Assembly (NCBI GenBank): GCA_045535075.1
Contig: JAZSKX010000014.1
Coordinates: 96,001-160,000 of the forward strand
Reading direction: 5' to 3'
DNA from: Candidatus Spyradenecus sp.
GTDB taxonomy: Bacteria > Verrucomicrobiota > Verrucomicrobiia > Opitutales > UBA953
DNA: 64,000 nt
Positions 1 to 8,215 of this stretch are shown here, piece after piece; position 1 is the first letter of the stretch; every line of letters starts with the position of its first letter. The notes below the pieces were generated by a model. It was not told the origin of the DNA, searched no databases, and was given only the letters and a program-made list of their open reading frames with translations. Made by a program: the position numbers and the translations under genes.

Positions 1-2
1 TT

Positions 3-1667
3 AAAAATGTTACGATTCTTCCGCGCCCGCCCGTTCCCGCAGGTGCGATTGATCTGGGCGTTATTTCCGAGGAAACTCCGCAATGGACGCTTTCGAGCAC
101 GACGCCGAGGCAGGGCGATCCGGTTTACCTCGACTTAACGCTTGCGGGAAACGCAACGGGGCTTATTCCTCCCGAGCCGAAAATTGACGGATTTCGCACT
201 TATCCGGCGGAAGTTTCGACGCTCGACAATCGTGCAACCCGTGTCCGTATGATGCTCATTCCGCTTGCCGCCGGAGAACAAAAGCTGGCGCTGAACTTTG
301 CGACGCTGAATCCGGCAACACAGCAATACACGATCACGCGGATTGAAAAAACGCTTCAAGTGGAAAAAAATGCAACACTCGCCGCTCCCGCGACGACAGC
401 CGTTGTTCCGCTTGAACCCGAAAATTCGGATTCGGCGGTTTCCGCAGAAAATAACGCACCGCAGACAATCGCTTATATCCGACCGCTCGATGCGAAAATA
501 CTTGAACGCGGGAAAACGCCTCCCGGAAAAAAACTTTGGATTCCGTTTGCCGGTACGGGCGTCATCTTGCTCGCGTGCGCCGGAATTATGATTTTCCGTT
601 CCCGTAAGCATGACGATTCTTCGGAGGCGCTGCGTAAGCGGGCGCGTTCCCGCAAGAATGAACTTCTGAAAAAACTTGCGGCAAGTACGCCCGAAAATTT
701 TGATGCGTTGGTTCGCAGTGAAGTTGCCGATTATCTTGCCGATGCCAATGCCGCGACTTCGCTGGATGCGATTCGCGGTGAAATGAAGAAAAAAAATGCC
801 GCACTTGCCGAAGTTATCGATGCTGCAGAAAACGCAGGATATCGACCGAATGCGCGCTGCGAGCATTTTGAAAAATTCCGGGAAATTGTCGTTAAAGCCG
901 TGAAGCGCGGAGCATTTCTTTTCGTCGCGGGAATTCTTTTTCTTGCACTCCCGCAACGCGCCGAGGCATCCGCCGAGCCCGTTGCCGTCGAACAGAAAAT
1001 CCTCGAAGCGGAAAATGCTTACGCTAACGGGAATTTCGAAAAAGCGCGGGAAGGCTTCGCAGAGCTCAGCAAGCTTGCCCCTTATTCGCCTGACATTTGG
1101 TTCAATCTCGGCAATGCTCTTTACGGGCAAAAACAATTTGCTCCGGCCTTGGCGTGTTATGAGCGCGCGTGGCGACTGGACGTCGGACGTTCCGATATTT
1201 TGGCAAACCTCAACGCCGCCCGCGTAAAACTCAAGCTTCCGCTGGTCAACGAAGTCAAAAATCCCGCAGATTTTTTTGTCGTTTTGCGCGATTCTTTTTC
1301 TCCGTTCATGTGGACGATTTTTGCCTGTACCGCTTTGTCTGCGGGAGCAATCGTCTTCACTCTTATCCGTAAAAAGCGCGCACTTGTTGTCGTGCTTGCC
1401 TTCGGAATTTTCGGGTTCTGCATGGCGAATTTCTTTTCTCAGCAAAAAGTCTTGCGCGATGATTCGGCGGCAATCGTTGTCGCAAACGGCGCGGCGCTTT
1501 ACAGCCTTCCGATTAAAAATGTCGGGACAGCGCGCGAACTTTCTCAAGTTCCCGCGGGAACGGAAGTCTCCGTTTTGGAAGCGCGCGAATCCTGGTTTCT
1601 TGTCCGGCTTGCCGACGGTTTCGAAGGATGGGTGGAAAAAAGCGCAATCACCCGCCTTTGGGAATAA
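3..1667 (+). CDS. BatD-like protein with C-terminal TPR and SH3-like (BatE-like) region; 5'-partial
   Basis: The frame is open from base 3 (KNVTILPRPP...GDPVYLDLTLAGN...FRTYP), upstream of the ORF-track start at 249. It has TM segments, a TPR motif (WFNLGNALYGQKQFAPALACYERA) and an SH3-like end (GTEVSVLEARESWFLVRLADGFEGWV). Confidence 0.7.
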   Translation, partial: KNVTILPRPPVPAGAIDLGVISEETPQWTLSSTTPRQGDPVYLDLTLAGNATGLIPPEPKIDGFRTYPAEVSTLDNRATRVRMMLIPLAAGEQKLALNFATLNPATQQYTITRIEKTLQVEKNATLAAPATTAVVPLEPENSDSAVSAENNAPQTIAYIRPLDAKILERGKTPPGKKLWIPFAGTGVILLACAGIMIFRSRKHDDSSEALRKRARSRKNELLKKLAASTPENFDALVRSEVADYLADANAATSLDAIRGEMKKKNAALAEVIDAAENAGYRPNARCEHFEKFREIVVKAVKRGAFLFVAGILFLALPQRAEASAEPVAVEQKILEAENAYANGNFEKAREGFAELSKLAPYSPDIWFNLGNALYGQKQFAPALACYERAWRLDVGRSDILANLNAARVKLKLPLVNEVKNPADFFVVLRDSFSPFMWTIFACTALSAGAIVFTLIRKKRALVVVLAFGIFGFCMANFFSQQKVLRDDSAAIVVANGAALYSLPIKNVGTARELSQVPAGTEVSVLEARESWFLVRLADGFEGWVEKSAITRLWE

Positions 1668-1703
1668 GCCTCGGTTCCGGATTTTACAATTCGCGGGAAC
1701 GCC

Positions 1704-1772
1704 AAAAAACTCCGAAGCTTTCAATCTTACGGGAGCGCGATGGCTCAAGATTGAAAGCTTCGGAGCTTTTTT
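1704..1772. terminator. Bidirectional terminator-like hairpin between convergent genes
   Basis: 19-bp perfect inverted repeat CTCCGAAGCTTTCAATCTT (1710-1728) / AAGATTGAAAGCTTCGGAG (1747-1765), flanked by A and T tracts. Confidence 0.75.
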
Positions 1773-1815
1773 GTTTATAGGCGTGTAATTGAAGCCGCCT
1801 TTTTAAAAACGACAA

Positions 1816-3264
1816 TTACTTCATCGCGAGCGCCATTTTGTTCGCGGTGATGACGCCGTAATTGATCGTGCCGAGCCAGCCCGACATGATGATGCCGACC
1901 GATCCCGCGTGGTAAAGCCCGCGCACTTTTTCCGGCAATTCCATCGAAATCTTCAAACCCTCGAATTTCGTGCCGAACGAGGTGCCGTCGCGATGGCGCA
2001 CGTAGCGTTTGACGGTGCGCGGCGTCGCGGCTTCCACCCAATCGACCTTGGCGCGGATGTCCGGAATGTATTTTTCAAGCCCGGCAAACGATTCTTCGAT
2101 GATACGTTTTTTCTCCGCTTCGTAGGCTTCGTCGGAAAGATTTTCCCAGTTCGAAAAACGCTGATTAATCGACGTTACAATCGCGTAATGCGGGATTTTG
2201 CGTTGCGGGCGCGTGTCCGGATAGTAAACCGAGTAAGTGCGGGAGCTCGTGTGCAAATCGACGAGGTCGTCGCTGTCGAATTTCGGTGCTTCCGAGGTGA
2301 AAACGAGATCGCCGATGTGCGGGATCGTTTCGCCTTCGCGAATGCCCATGTAAACCTGGCAGGAAGAGGTGTTGACGCGCACGGCTTCGGATTCCGCGAG
2401 AAAATCGGCGGGAACGGTTCCCGGTTCAAGCATCTCTTCCACGGTATTGCGGATATTCGCGTTGGAAAGCACGGATTTGCAGGCGATTTCGACCGTTTCG
2501 CCGAAGCGCATATCGCGGACGCGCACGCCGCGCACTGCGGGAACGCCGTCGGTGCCGGTTTCGGTCAGAATCTTTTCCGCGAGGCAGTTGCGGCGGATGT
2601 CGACACCGTTTTTCTTGAGCTCTTCCGTCATTTTTTGAATGAGCAAATCGGTTCCGCCCTGGAAAATGTAAACGCCGCGGCTCATGAAGTTGGAAAAAAC
2701 AATTCCGTAGGTAATCGCGGGTTCGTTGAGCGTGGAACCGTTCGCGTAGGCGATCGGCTCAAGCAACAGGCGCCAAACGTCGGTGCGTCCGGGGAAAAAT
2801 TCTTCGAAGAGTTCCCGCGTTGTGCGTTTGTCGTTGTCGTAATAATTCATCTGCGCGAGATGCTCGAAAAATCCGTGAACGCGCTCGGCGGGAACGTTGA
2901 ATTTTTCGATGAGAATGCGCGTGAAATCTTCGCGGTCGAATGTCGTTTGAATATTAAATTCCGGATTGATGAAGCGGATGTCTTTGAGCTGGCGAATCGA
3001 ATCCGCGATTTCCTTGCTCCAGTATTTGCGGCAGGACTTAATCATGCCGTGCGGGAAACCGTGCAGGGAGATGTCAAAAATGTGTCCGCCCGGACGCTTA
3101 AAATACGTCGCGAGTCCGCCGAGCTGGTAGTGGTGTTCCAAGAGCAAAACGGAATGTCCCGCCTTGGCGAGATAGTTTGCGCCGGTGAGCCCGGCGAGCC
3201 CGCTGCCGATGACGATGGCGTCGTAAGATTTTTGAATGCCGAAAAGCGGATTGGAAGCTTGCAT
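1816..3264 (-). CDS. Phytoene desaturase-family FAD/NAD(P)-dependent oxidoreductase
   Basis: N-terminal Rossmann motif [13 protein letters not shown]...[12 protein letters not shown]-terminal AATPRT...GLYHAG motif. Confidence 0.8.
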   Translation of the reverse strand: MQASNPLFGIQKSYDAIVIGSGLAGLTGANYLAKAGHSVLLLEHHYQLGGLATYFKRPGGHIFDISLHGFPHGMIKSCRKYWSKEIADSIRQLKDIRFINPEFNIQTTFDREDFTRILIEKFNVPAERVHGFFEHLAQMNYYDNDKRTTRELFEEFFPGRTDVWRLLLEPIAYANGSTLNEPAITYGIVFSNFMSRGVYIFQGGTDLLIQKMTEELKKNGVDIRRNCLAEKILTETGTDGVPAVRGVRVRDMRFGETVEIACKSVLSNANIRNTVEEMLEPGTVPADFLAESEAVRVNTSSCQVYMGIREGETIPHIGDLVFTSEAPKFDSDDLVDLHTSSRTYSVYYPDTRPQRKIPHYAIVTSINQRFSNWENLSDEAYEAEKKRIIEESFAGLEKYIPDIRAKVDWVEAATPRTVKRYVRHRDGTSFGTKFEGLKISMELPEKVRGLYHAGSVGIIMSGWLGTINYGVITANKMALAMK

Positions 3265-3671
3265 CTTATTTGAACTTATAAAAATAGACGAAAATAATGA
3301 ATCATATATTTTTGTTGTTCATTGTGCAACGGAATAAAAGAGTTGTCTTCGGATTTAGCAGTGTCGATGAAAAATTCGCTCCCGGACGGAAAATCACTCG
3401 CGGGAACGCGAATCGCCGAAGAAAATAAACTCCGATTAGCCCGGTTTCTGCTTGGCGAACTTTGCGATCTCTGCGAGAGAAAATTTTTTTGCGGGAACGC
3501 GAATATACAATCGAGAAATCCGCGTTTTCTTCGTGTATTCTGTGGAAAATTTACGCTTCCCCTAAGTCGTACGCCTTTTTGCTTCGCAGGACGGGCGGGA
3601 ATGTTTGTACGTATGCGATTTTTCGCTTATAAAATCTTGCCAGTGTTCCCGTAGAATCGTGAAATGAAAGC

Positions 3672-4298
3672 ATGAATATTTTTAAGAATTTTCAAACCGG
3701 AATTTTGCGCTTTTGTTGCGCGTTGATTTGTCTCTTAGGCTTTGCCGCCTGCTCGGAAATTTCTAATCAAAATACTATGAGTACCAATACAGTAGAAGAA
3801 GTGGCTGTCCTCACGACGAGTGACGGCGAAATGGTCATTAAATTCTGGCCGGAAGTCGCTCCCAAAACCGTCGAAAATTTTAAAAAGCTCGCACGCGAAG
3901 GCTTTTATGACGGAACGGCGTTCCACCGCGTCATCAAAGGCTTTATGATTCAAGGCGGCGACCCGCTTACGAAAGACGAAAGCAAGCGCGGCTTGTGGGG
4001 AACCGGCGGACCGGGCTACAATATCCGTGCCGAATTCAATACGAAGCCGCATGTCCGCGGTGTGATTTCGATGGCGCGTTCGCAGCATCCCGACAGTGCG
4101 GGTTCGCAGTTTTTCATTTGCCATGGCGATGCCCGTTTTCTTGACCGCCAATACACGGCATTCGGCGAATTGATTAAGGGCGACGAAGTGCTCGAAAAAA
4201 TCGCTTCCGTTCCCTGCACGGGGCCGGAGCGCAGTTCTCCGATTGAGCGCAAGGGGCTTGTCAGCGTGAAAATCGTTCCCGCAAGCGAAGTGAAATAA
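3672..4298 (+). CDS. Cyclophilin-type peptidyl-prolyl cis-trans isomerase; possible lipoprotein signal, alternative start at 3777
   Basis: APKTVENF, FHRVIKGFMIQGGDP, SMAR...SAGSQFFI and FLDRQYTAFG motifs. Confidence 0.92.
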   Translation: MNIFKNFQTGILRFCCALICLLGFAACSEISNQNTMSTNTVEEVAVLTTSDGEMVIKFWPEVAPKTVENFKKLAREGFYDGTAFHRVIKGFMIQGGDPLTKDESKRGLWGTGGPGYNIRAEFNTKPHVRGVISMARSQHPDSAGSQFFICHGDARFLDRQYTAFGELIKGDEVLEKIASVPCTGPERSSPIERKGLVSVKIVPASEVK

Positions 4299-4322
4299 CG
4301 TTGCGCATTTGAATTGATTTGC

Positions 4323-4358
4323 AAAAGAAACCGGTCGCCTTACCGGTTTCTTTTTTTA
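4323..4358 (+). terminator. Rho-independent terminator after the cyclophilin gene
   Basis: AAAAGAAACCGGT-cgcctt-ACCGGTTTCTTTT followed by more Ts. Confidence 0.75.
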
Positions 4359-4738
4359 TTTTTACGGGAACGGATGCTACCGGAAACGCCGATGCGCGGA
4401 TCTCCGCGCAAGATAAGCCGGACAATCGCTTCGGCAGTTTCTTCGTAATCCTCACTTTGGGCTCCGAGGCAGAGCCATTTTTTCAAAAAAGAGTGCTGCG
4501 CGAGCGCCGGAAATTCCGCCGAGAGCGACGCATGAAATTCCGGCGAAGTCGGAATCAAAATGCCTTCGCCGTCTTCGTCGCCGGCGGGAACGTAAAGCAA
4601 AACGTTTTTTTCTCCGATGTAAAACGACCAGCACCCGAAAGTGCGCCGCACAAAAAAGCCCTCGCGGGAGCGCAACGGTTCAATCAGCCATTCGCAGGGT
4701 GTTTCGTCACGGGAACGTTTAAACGAAGTAAATCGCAT
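4340..4738 (-). CDS. Hypothetical protein, TfoX N-terminal/YjbR-like fold suspected
   Basis: 132-aa ORF with RRTFGCWSFY...GILIPTS..FHASL..EFP...KWL pattern, recalled from small TfoX_N-like proteins. Confidence 0.55.
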   Translation of the reverse strand: MRFTSFKRSRDETPCEWLIEPLRSREGFFVRRTFGCWSFYIGEKNVLLYVPAGDEDGEGILIPTSPEFHASLSAEFPALAQHSFLKKWLCLGAQSEDYEETAEAIVRLILRGDPRIGVSGSIRSRKNKKRNR

Positions 4739-4947
4739 GGGGAAAAACGTTCTTCCGAACGATAAATGTATTCAGCCCGGGAGTAAACCGGATTCTCTCG
4801 CGGCAAACGTTGTTTAGGTTCGGATTTCCGTAAAACGGCAAAATCAAACGGCGAAGGCAAGCAAGCGTAGCGTGGAGCGATGTTCTTGCGCCCCGAAAAA
4901 ACCGTTCTCATTTCTTTGTAAAACCTCTCTGCTGTAGCTCCCCAATG

Positions 4948-4987
4948 AAAAAAGCGTTCCCGTGAGGAAATTCCGCGGGAACGCTTT
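4948..4987 (-). terminator. Terminator built from an inverted pair of the RCGGGAACG motif (after the aminopeptidase gene)
   Basis: AAAGCGTTCCCGTG-aggaaattc-CGCGGGAACGCTTT; T tract on the minus strand. Confidence 0.8.
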
Positions 4988-5008
4988 GTTGCTTCGAAAC
5001 AGCAAAAG

Positions 5009-6451
5009 CTACTTCGCTTCGAAGAAGGCTTTATACGCCTTGTATGTCATGTAGGTGTCGTGCTTGGAGGCGATTTCCCACGGCGCGTGCATGTTCAGAA
5101 GCGGTGTGCCCATGTCGATGACGTTCATGCCGTAGCGCGACATAAACATCGCAATCGTTCCGCCGCCACCGACGTCGACGCGCCCGAGCTCGCCGACTTG
5201 CCAGACGACGCCTGCCGCGTCGAAAATCTCGCGCAACTCGGCGACAAATTCCGCCGAAGCATCGTTGGCGCCGCCTTTCCCGCGCGCTCCCGTGTATTTA
5301 ATCATGCTCACGCCCGCGTTGAGAGCTGCCATGTTGCCCGGCGAGCTACTGTTCGGGAAGAGCGGATCGTGCGCGGCGCAAACGTCGGCGGAAAGCATTG
5401 AGGAGGCTTCGAGAGCGCGGCGGACGATAATGTCGGAATAATTTTTTTCCTGTCGGAAAATGAGTTCGGCGACGGAATTTTCAAAGAAGGTGGAATCCAT
5501 ACCGGTGGCACCGACGGAGCCGATTTCTTCCTTGTCGCAGAGCAGGACGACGGCGGTTTTCGCGGGAACGCCCTTGATGTCGAGCATTGCCTGAAGCCCG
5601 GCGAAAGCGCAAATGCGGTCGTCATGTCCGTAACCGGCGATGAGTGAGCGGTCCAAGCCCATTTCGCGCGGCATTCCGGCGGGAACGATTTCGAGTTCGG
5701 CGGAAATCAAATCCTGCTCGGTCAGTCCGTATTCTTCTTCGAGAATGCGCAGAACGTGGAGTTTGACTTTTTCCTTAACTTCTGAATCGTCCTTGGCTTC
5801 GGGGCAGGGCGTGGTGGCGATAACGAGGTCGAGATCTTCGCCCGGGAACGCTTCGCTGAGGACCTTGGCGGCTTGTGCCTGTCCGAGGTGCGGAAGGATG
5901 TCCGAAATCATGAAAATCGGGTCGCCCGGCTTGTCTCCGATGGCGATTTCGACTTTCGTGCCGTCCTTTCGGACGACGGTTCCGTAGAGAGCGAGCGGGT
6001 GCGCGACCCACTGGAATTTTTTGATGCCGCCGTAGTAATGTGTATCGAAATAAGCGATACCGTTTTTCTCGCAAAGCGGAACCGGCTTGAGGTCGATGCG
6101 CGGAGCGTCCGTGTGCCCGCCGACGACGCGTACGCCGCCCGAAACGGCGTCTTTCCCGATGACGGCTGCGAAAAGTGTTTTCCCGTGGTAGCCGCGATAA
6201 ACCTTGTCGCCGGGCTTGAGCGTTTTGGCGGACGCGAGCGGTTTGAAGCCTTGTTTTTCGAGCAGGCGAACGGCTTCCGAGTAGGCGCGGCGCTCGGTTT
6301 TCGCGACACTGAGGTAATTCATGTAGGTCGCGATGTAATTGTCGAGCGCTTTGCGTTCGGCGGGAACGAGTTTGTTGACGGAATCCTCGCGCTTGAAAAC
6401 GCCTTTCACGGCGGCGGGGGATTTTTTGTTTTCGGATTTTTTCGTAGCCAT
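5009..6451 (-). CDS. M18 family aminopeptidase (aspartyl aminopeptidase/ApeA-like)
   Basis: GGHTDAPRIDLKP, HYYGGIKKFQW, GHDDRIC, DKEEIGS and MHAPWE motifs; start placed at MATKK. Confidence 0.9.
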   Translation of the reverse strand: MATKKSENKKSPAAVKGVFKREDSVNKLVPAERKALDNYIATYMNYLSVAKTERRAYSEAVRLLEKQGFKPLASAKTLKPGDKVYRGYHGKTLFAAVIGKDAVSGGVRVVGGHTDAPRIDLKPVPLCEKNGIAYFDTHYYGGIKKFQWVAHPLALYGTVVRKDGTKVEIAIGDKPGDPIFMISDILPHLGQAQAAKVLSEAFPGEDLDLVIATTPCPEAKDDSEVKEKVKLHVLRILEEEYGLTEQDLISAELEIVPAGMPREMGLDRSLIAGYGHDDRICAFAGLQAMLDIKGVPAKTAVVLLCDKEEIGSVGATGMDSTFFENSVAELIFRQEKNYSDIIVRRALEASSMLSADVCAAHDPLFPNSSSPGNMAALNAGVSMIKYTGARGKGGANDASAEFVAELREIFDAAGVVWQVGELGRVDVGGGGTIAMFMSRYGMNVIDMGTPLLNMHAPWEIASKHDTYMTYKAYKAFFEAK

Positions 6452-6573
6452 ATTGCGACGAATTTTGGTGTCTAAAAAACGTTTTTTCAAACGCAAATAA
6501 CATCTTCGAATTCTATTCTTTTTCGAATTTTCCCCGAAAATTTAGAGCCCAAGCTGATACGTATTCGCTCACC

Positions 6574-6936
6574 GCTTTGCCTTGATTCCAAAAGTTCTTT
6601 CGGCAAAATTCACAGAACATCACGGGTAGACCAACGTAGCTTTGCCTTGATTCCAAAAGTTCTTTCGGCAAAATGCGCCATTCCAATTAGCCACCGGGCT
6701 TGACGCTTTGCCTTGATTCCAAAAGTTCTTTCGGCAAAATTATTCTTCTCCTTCTTCGATCCCCGAGATTGCTTTGCCTTGATTCCAAAAGTTCTTTCGG
6801 CAAAATTAAGCTCTCAACTCTCCTACGCCATCGGAGCTTTGCCTTGATTCCAAAAGTTCTTTCGGCAAAATCAGCGGAACTGTCGGCGGCGTTTTCATTG
6901 GCTTTGCCTTGATTCCAAAAGTTCTTTCGGCAAAAT
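6574..6936 (+). CRISPR. Type II-C CRISPR array: 6 identical 36-bp repeats, 5 spacers (29, 30, 30, 29, 29 nt)
   Basis: Repeat GCTTTGCCTTGATTCCAAAAGTTCTTTCGGCAAAAT starts at 6574, 6639, 6705, 6771, 6836 and 6901, next to cas2. The strand is inferred from the tracrRNA anti-repeat and the 3' AAAAT end. Confidence 0.97.
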
Positions 6937-7001
6937 AGCAGTCTCCAAACCCGCTTAAATACTTGGGTTGGAGATATGCGTTTTGTCGAAAAACTATTTT
7001 T

Positions 7002-7334
7002 TTACCAAAAAAGCAGCTGCTCCGGGAACGTTTCCGGAGAGTCCGAGTTTGGCGGTCCGTGAACGATATACATACGTTCCCATTGTGCTTGCGTAACGTA
7101 GAGCGCTCGCACATGTCCTTCCGGCGGAATGTTCATTTTCAGGCGACGCATCTGAGTTTGCATCCGGTTGTGACTGACGCAGGCACGCGCGTAAACCGAA
7201 TATTGGATCATCAGATAACCTTGTTCTAAGAGAAATTTTCGAAAATCCGTCGCGCGTTTTCGCTGAGGCGGAGTCATCACAGGCAGATCAAAAACGACTA
7301 ACATCCAGCCCATTTTGAATCGATAGCCATCCAC
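7002..7334 (-). CDS. cas2: CRISPR-associated endonuclease Cas2
   Basis: WMLVVFDLPV...FRKFLLEQGYLMIQYSVY motif; lies downstream of cas1. Confidence 0.95.
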   Translation of the reverse strand: MDGYRFKMGWMLVVFDLPVMTPPQRKRATDFRKFLLEQGYLMIQYSVYARACVSHNRMQTQMRRLKMNIPPEGHVRALYVTQAQWERMYIVHGPPNSDSPETFPEQLLFW

Positions 7335-8215
7335 GGTTCGTAAGCGTTAATATCGTTTTCCAATAGACTTTTTCGGAAAGAGCGGATGCTTTGCTCCATT
7401 ACGGTTTGCGCTTGTTGCAACGTTCCCGCGTAGAGAATTCGAAGCTGCAAAAAAGGAAGCAAATGTTGCTTGAAGGCTTTGTCCAGCTCTTGCGGAAACG
7501 CGTCGTTGATTTTCAGCCACGACATAACGCGGGCATCGACAAGCGGGCGAAACGGTTCCATAAGGTCATAGGCAAGCGGCGTGGAGCGCTCTGCGGTAGC
7601 GTGCCCGATTCCGAACGTCGGATCTAACCCGTAAGCGTAGCAAAGCTGCAACACGCGTGCGAGCAAGACGGAATAGCCGTAATCCAAGAAAGAATTAATA
7701 ATACCTTCTCCGCGGGAACGCAAAAAGGCATCTGCGTCCAAATGCTTACGGAAAACACTCCAAAACAAACGACTTACCGTGCTTTCGCGGGCGCGGTAGC
7801 GGAGAAATTTTTGAGTTTCGATATCGGCAACGGCGGGCGCATTGGGCTCCCAAGTTGAAGCTAAAATGCCTTGGTTGTGGCATTTGGCATCGAGTGTTTT
7901 TTGCCAAAGCTCTTTGATGAATTTTGGATTCGCATGTTCCCAAGTCCGTGTCAATAGAGTGTCCGTGCTACGAATCGCAGGCAGGACGATGCAAACCGGC
8001 TTAAAGGCTTCACAAAGAATGACTCCGATCCCGCGCTTGGCGGCTTCTGTCAGAAGCCGCATCTCGATTTTTGCCGAAAACGAGCAAACGATGATTGCAC
8101 CGACATCGTCGAGCGGGATTTGTTGCGTTCCCGCGTCCGACGTGCAAATAAACTGCCCGCGCGCGCAATTGAGTTCCGCAGTTGGGCTTTCGATCGTGAT
8201 TACATGGTAGGACAA
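7298..8215 (-). CDS. cas1: CRISPR-associated endonuclease Cas1 (type II)
   Basis: IPLDD, NSFLDYGY, GIGH and LAYDLMEPFRPLVD motifs. Confidence 0.95.
   Translation of the reverse strand: MSYHVITIESPTAELNCARGQFICTSDAGTQQIPLDDVGAIIVCSFSAKIEMRLLTEAAKRGIGVILCEAFKPVCIVLPAIRSTDTLLTRTWEHANPKFIKELWQKTLDAKCHNQGILASTWEPNAPAVADIETQKFLRYRARESTVSRLFWSVFRKHLDADAFLRSRGEGIINSFLDYGYSVLLARVLQLCYAYGLDPTFGIGHATAERSTPLAYDLMEPFRPLVDARVMSWLKINDAFPQELDKAFKQHLLPFLQLRILYAGTLQQAQTVMEQSIRSFRKSLLENDINAYEPWMAIDSKWAGC

Noticed and set aside
4905..4942. TTCTCATTTC and GCTGTAGCTCCC resemble pieces of the Neisseria CRISPR repeat
   Set aside because: Single copy, pieces in the wrong order, and unrelated to the local repeat; treated as coincidence.
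6506..6573. Possible degenerate seventh CRISPR repeat ending CGAAAAT at 6541 plus a 32-nt spacer
   Set aside because: Only the last few bases resemble the repeat and the spacer length is off; too weak to call.
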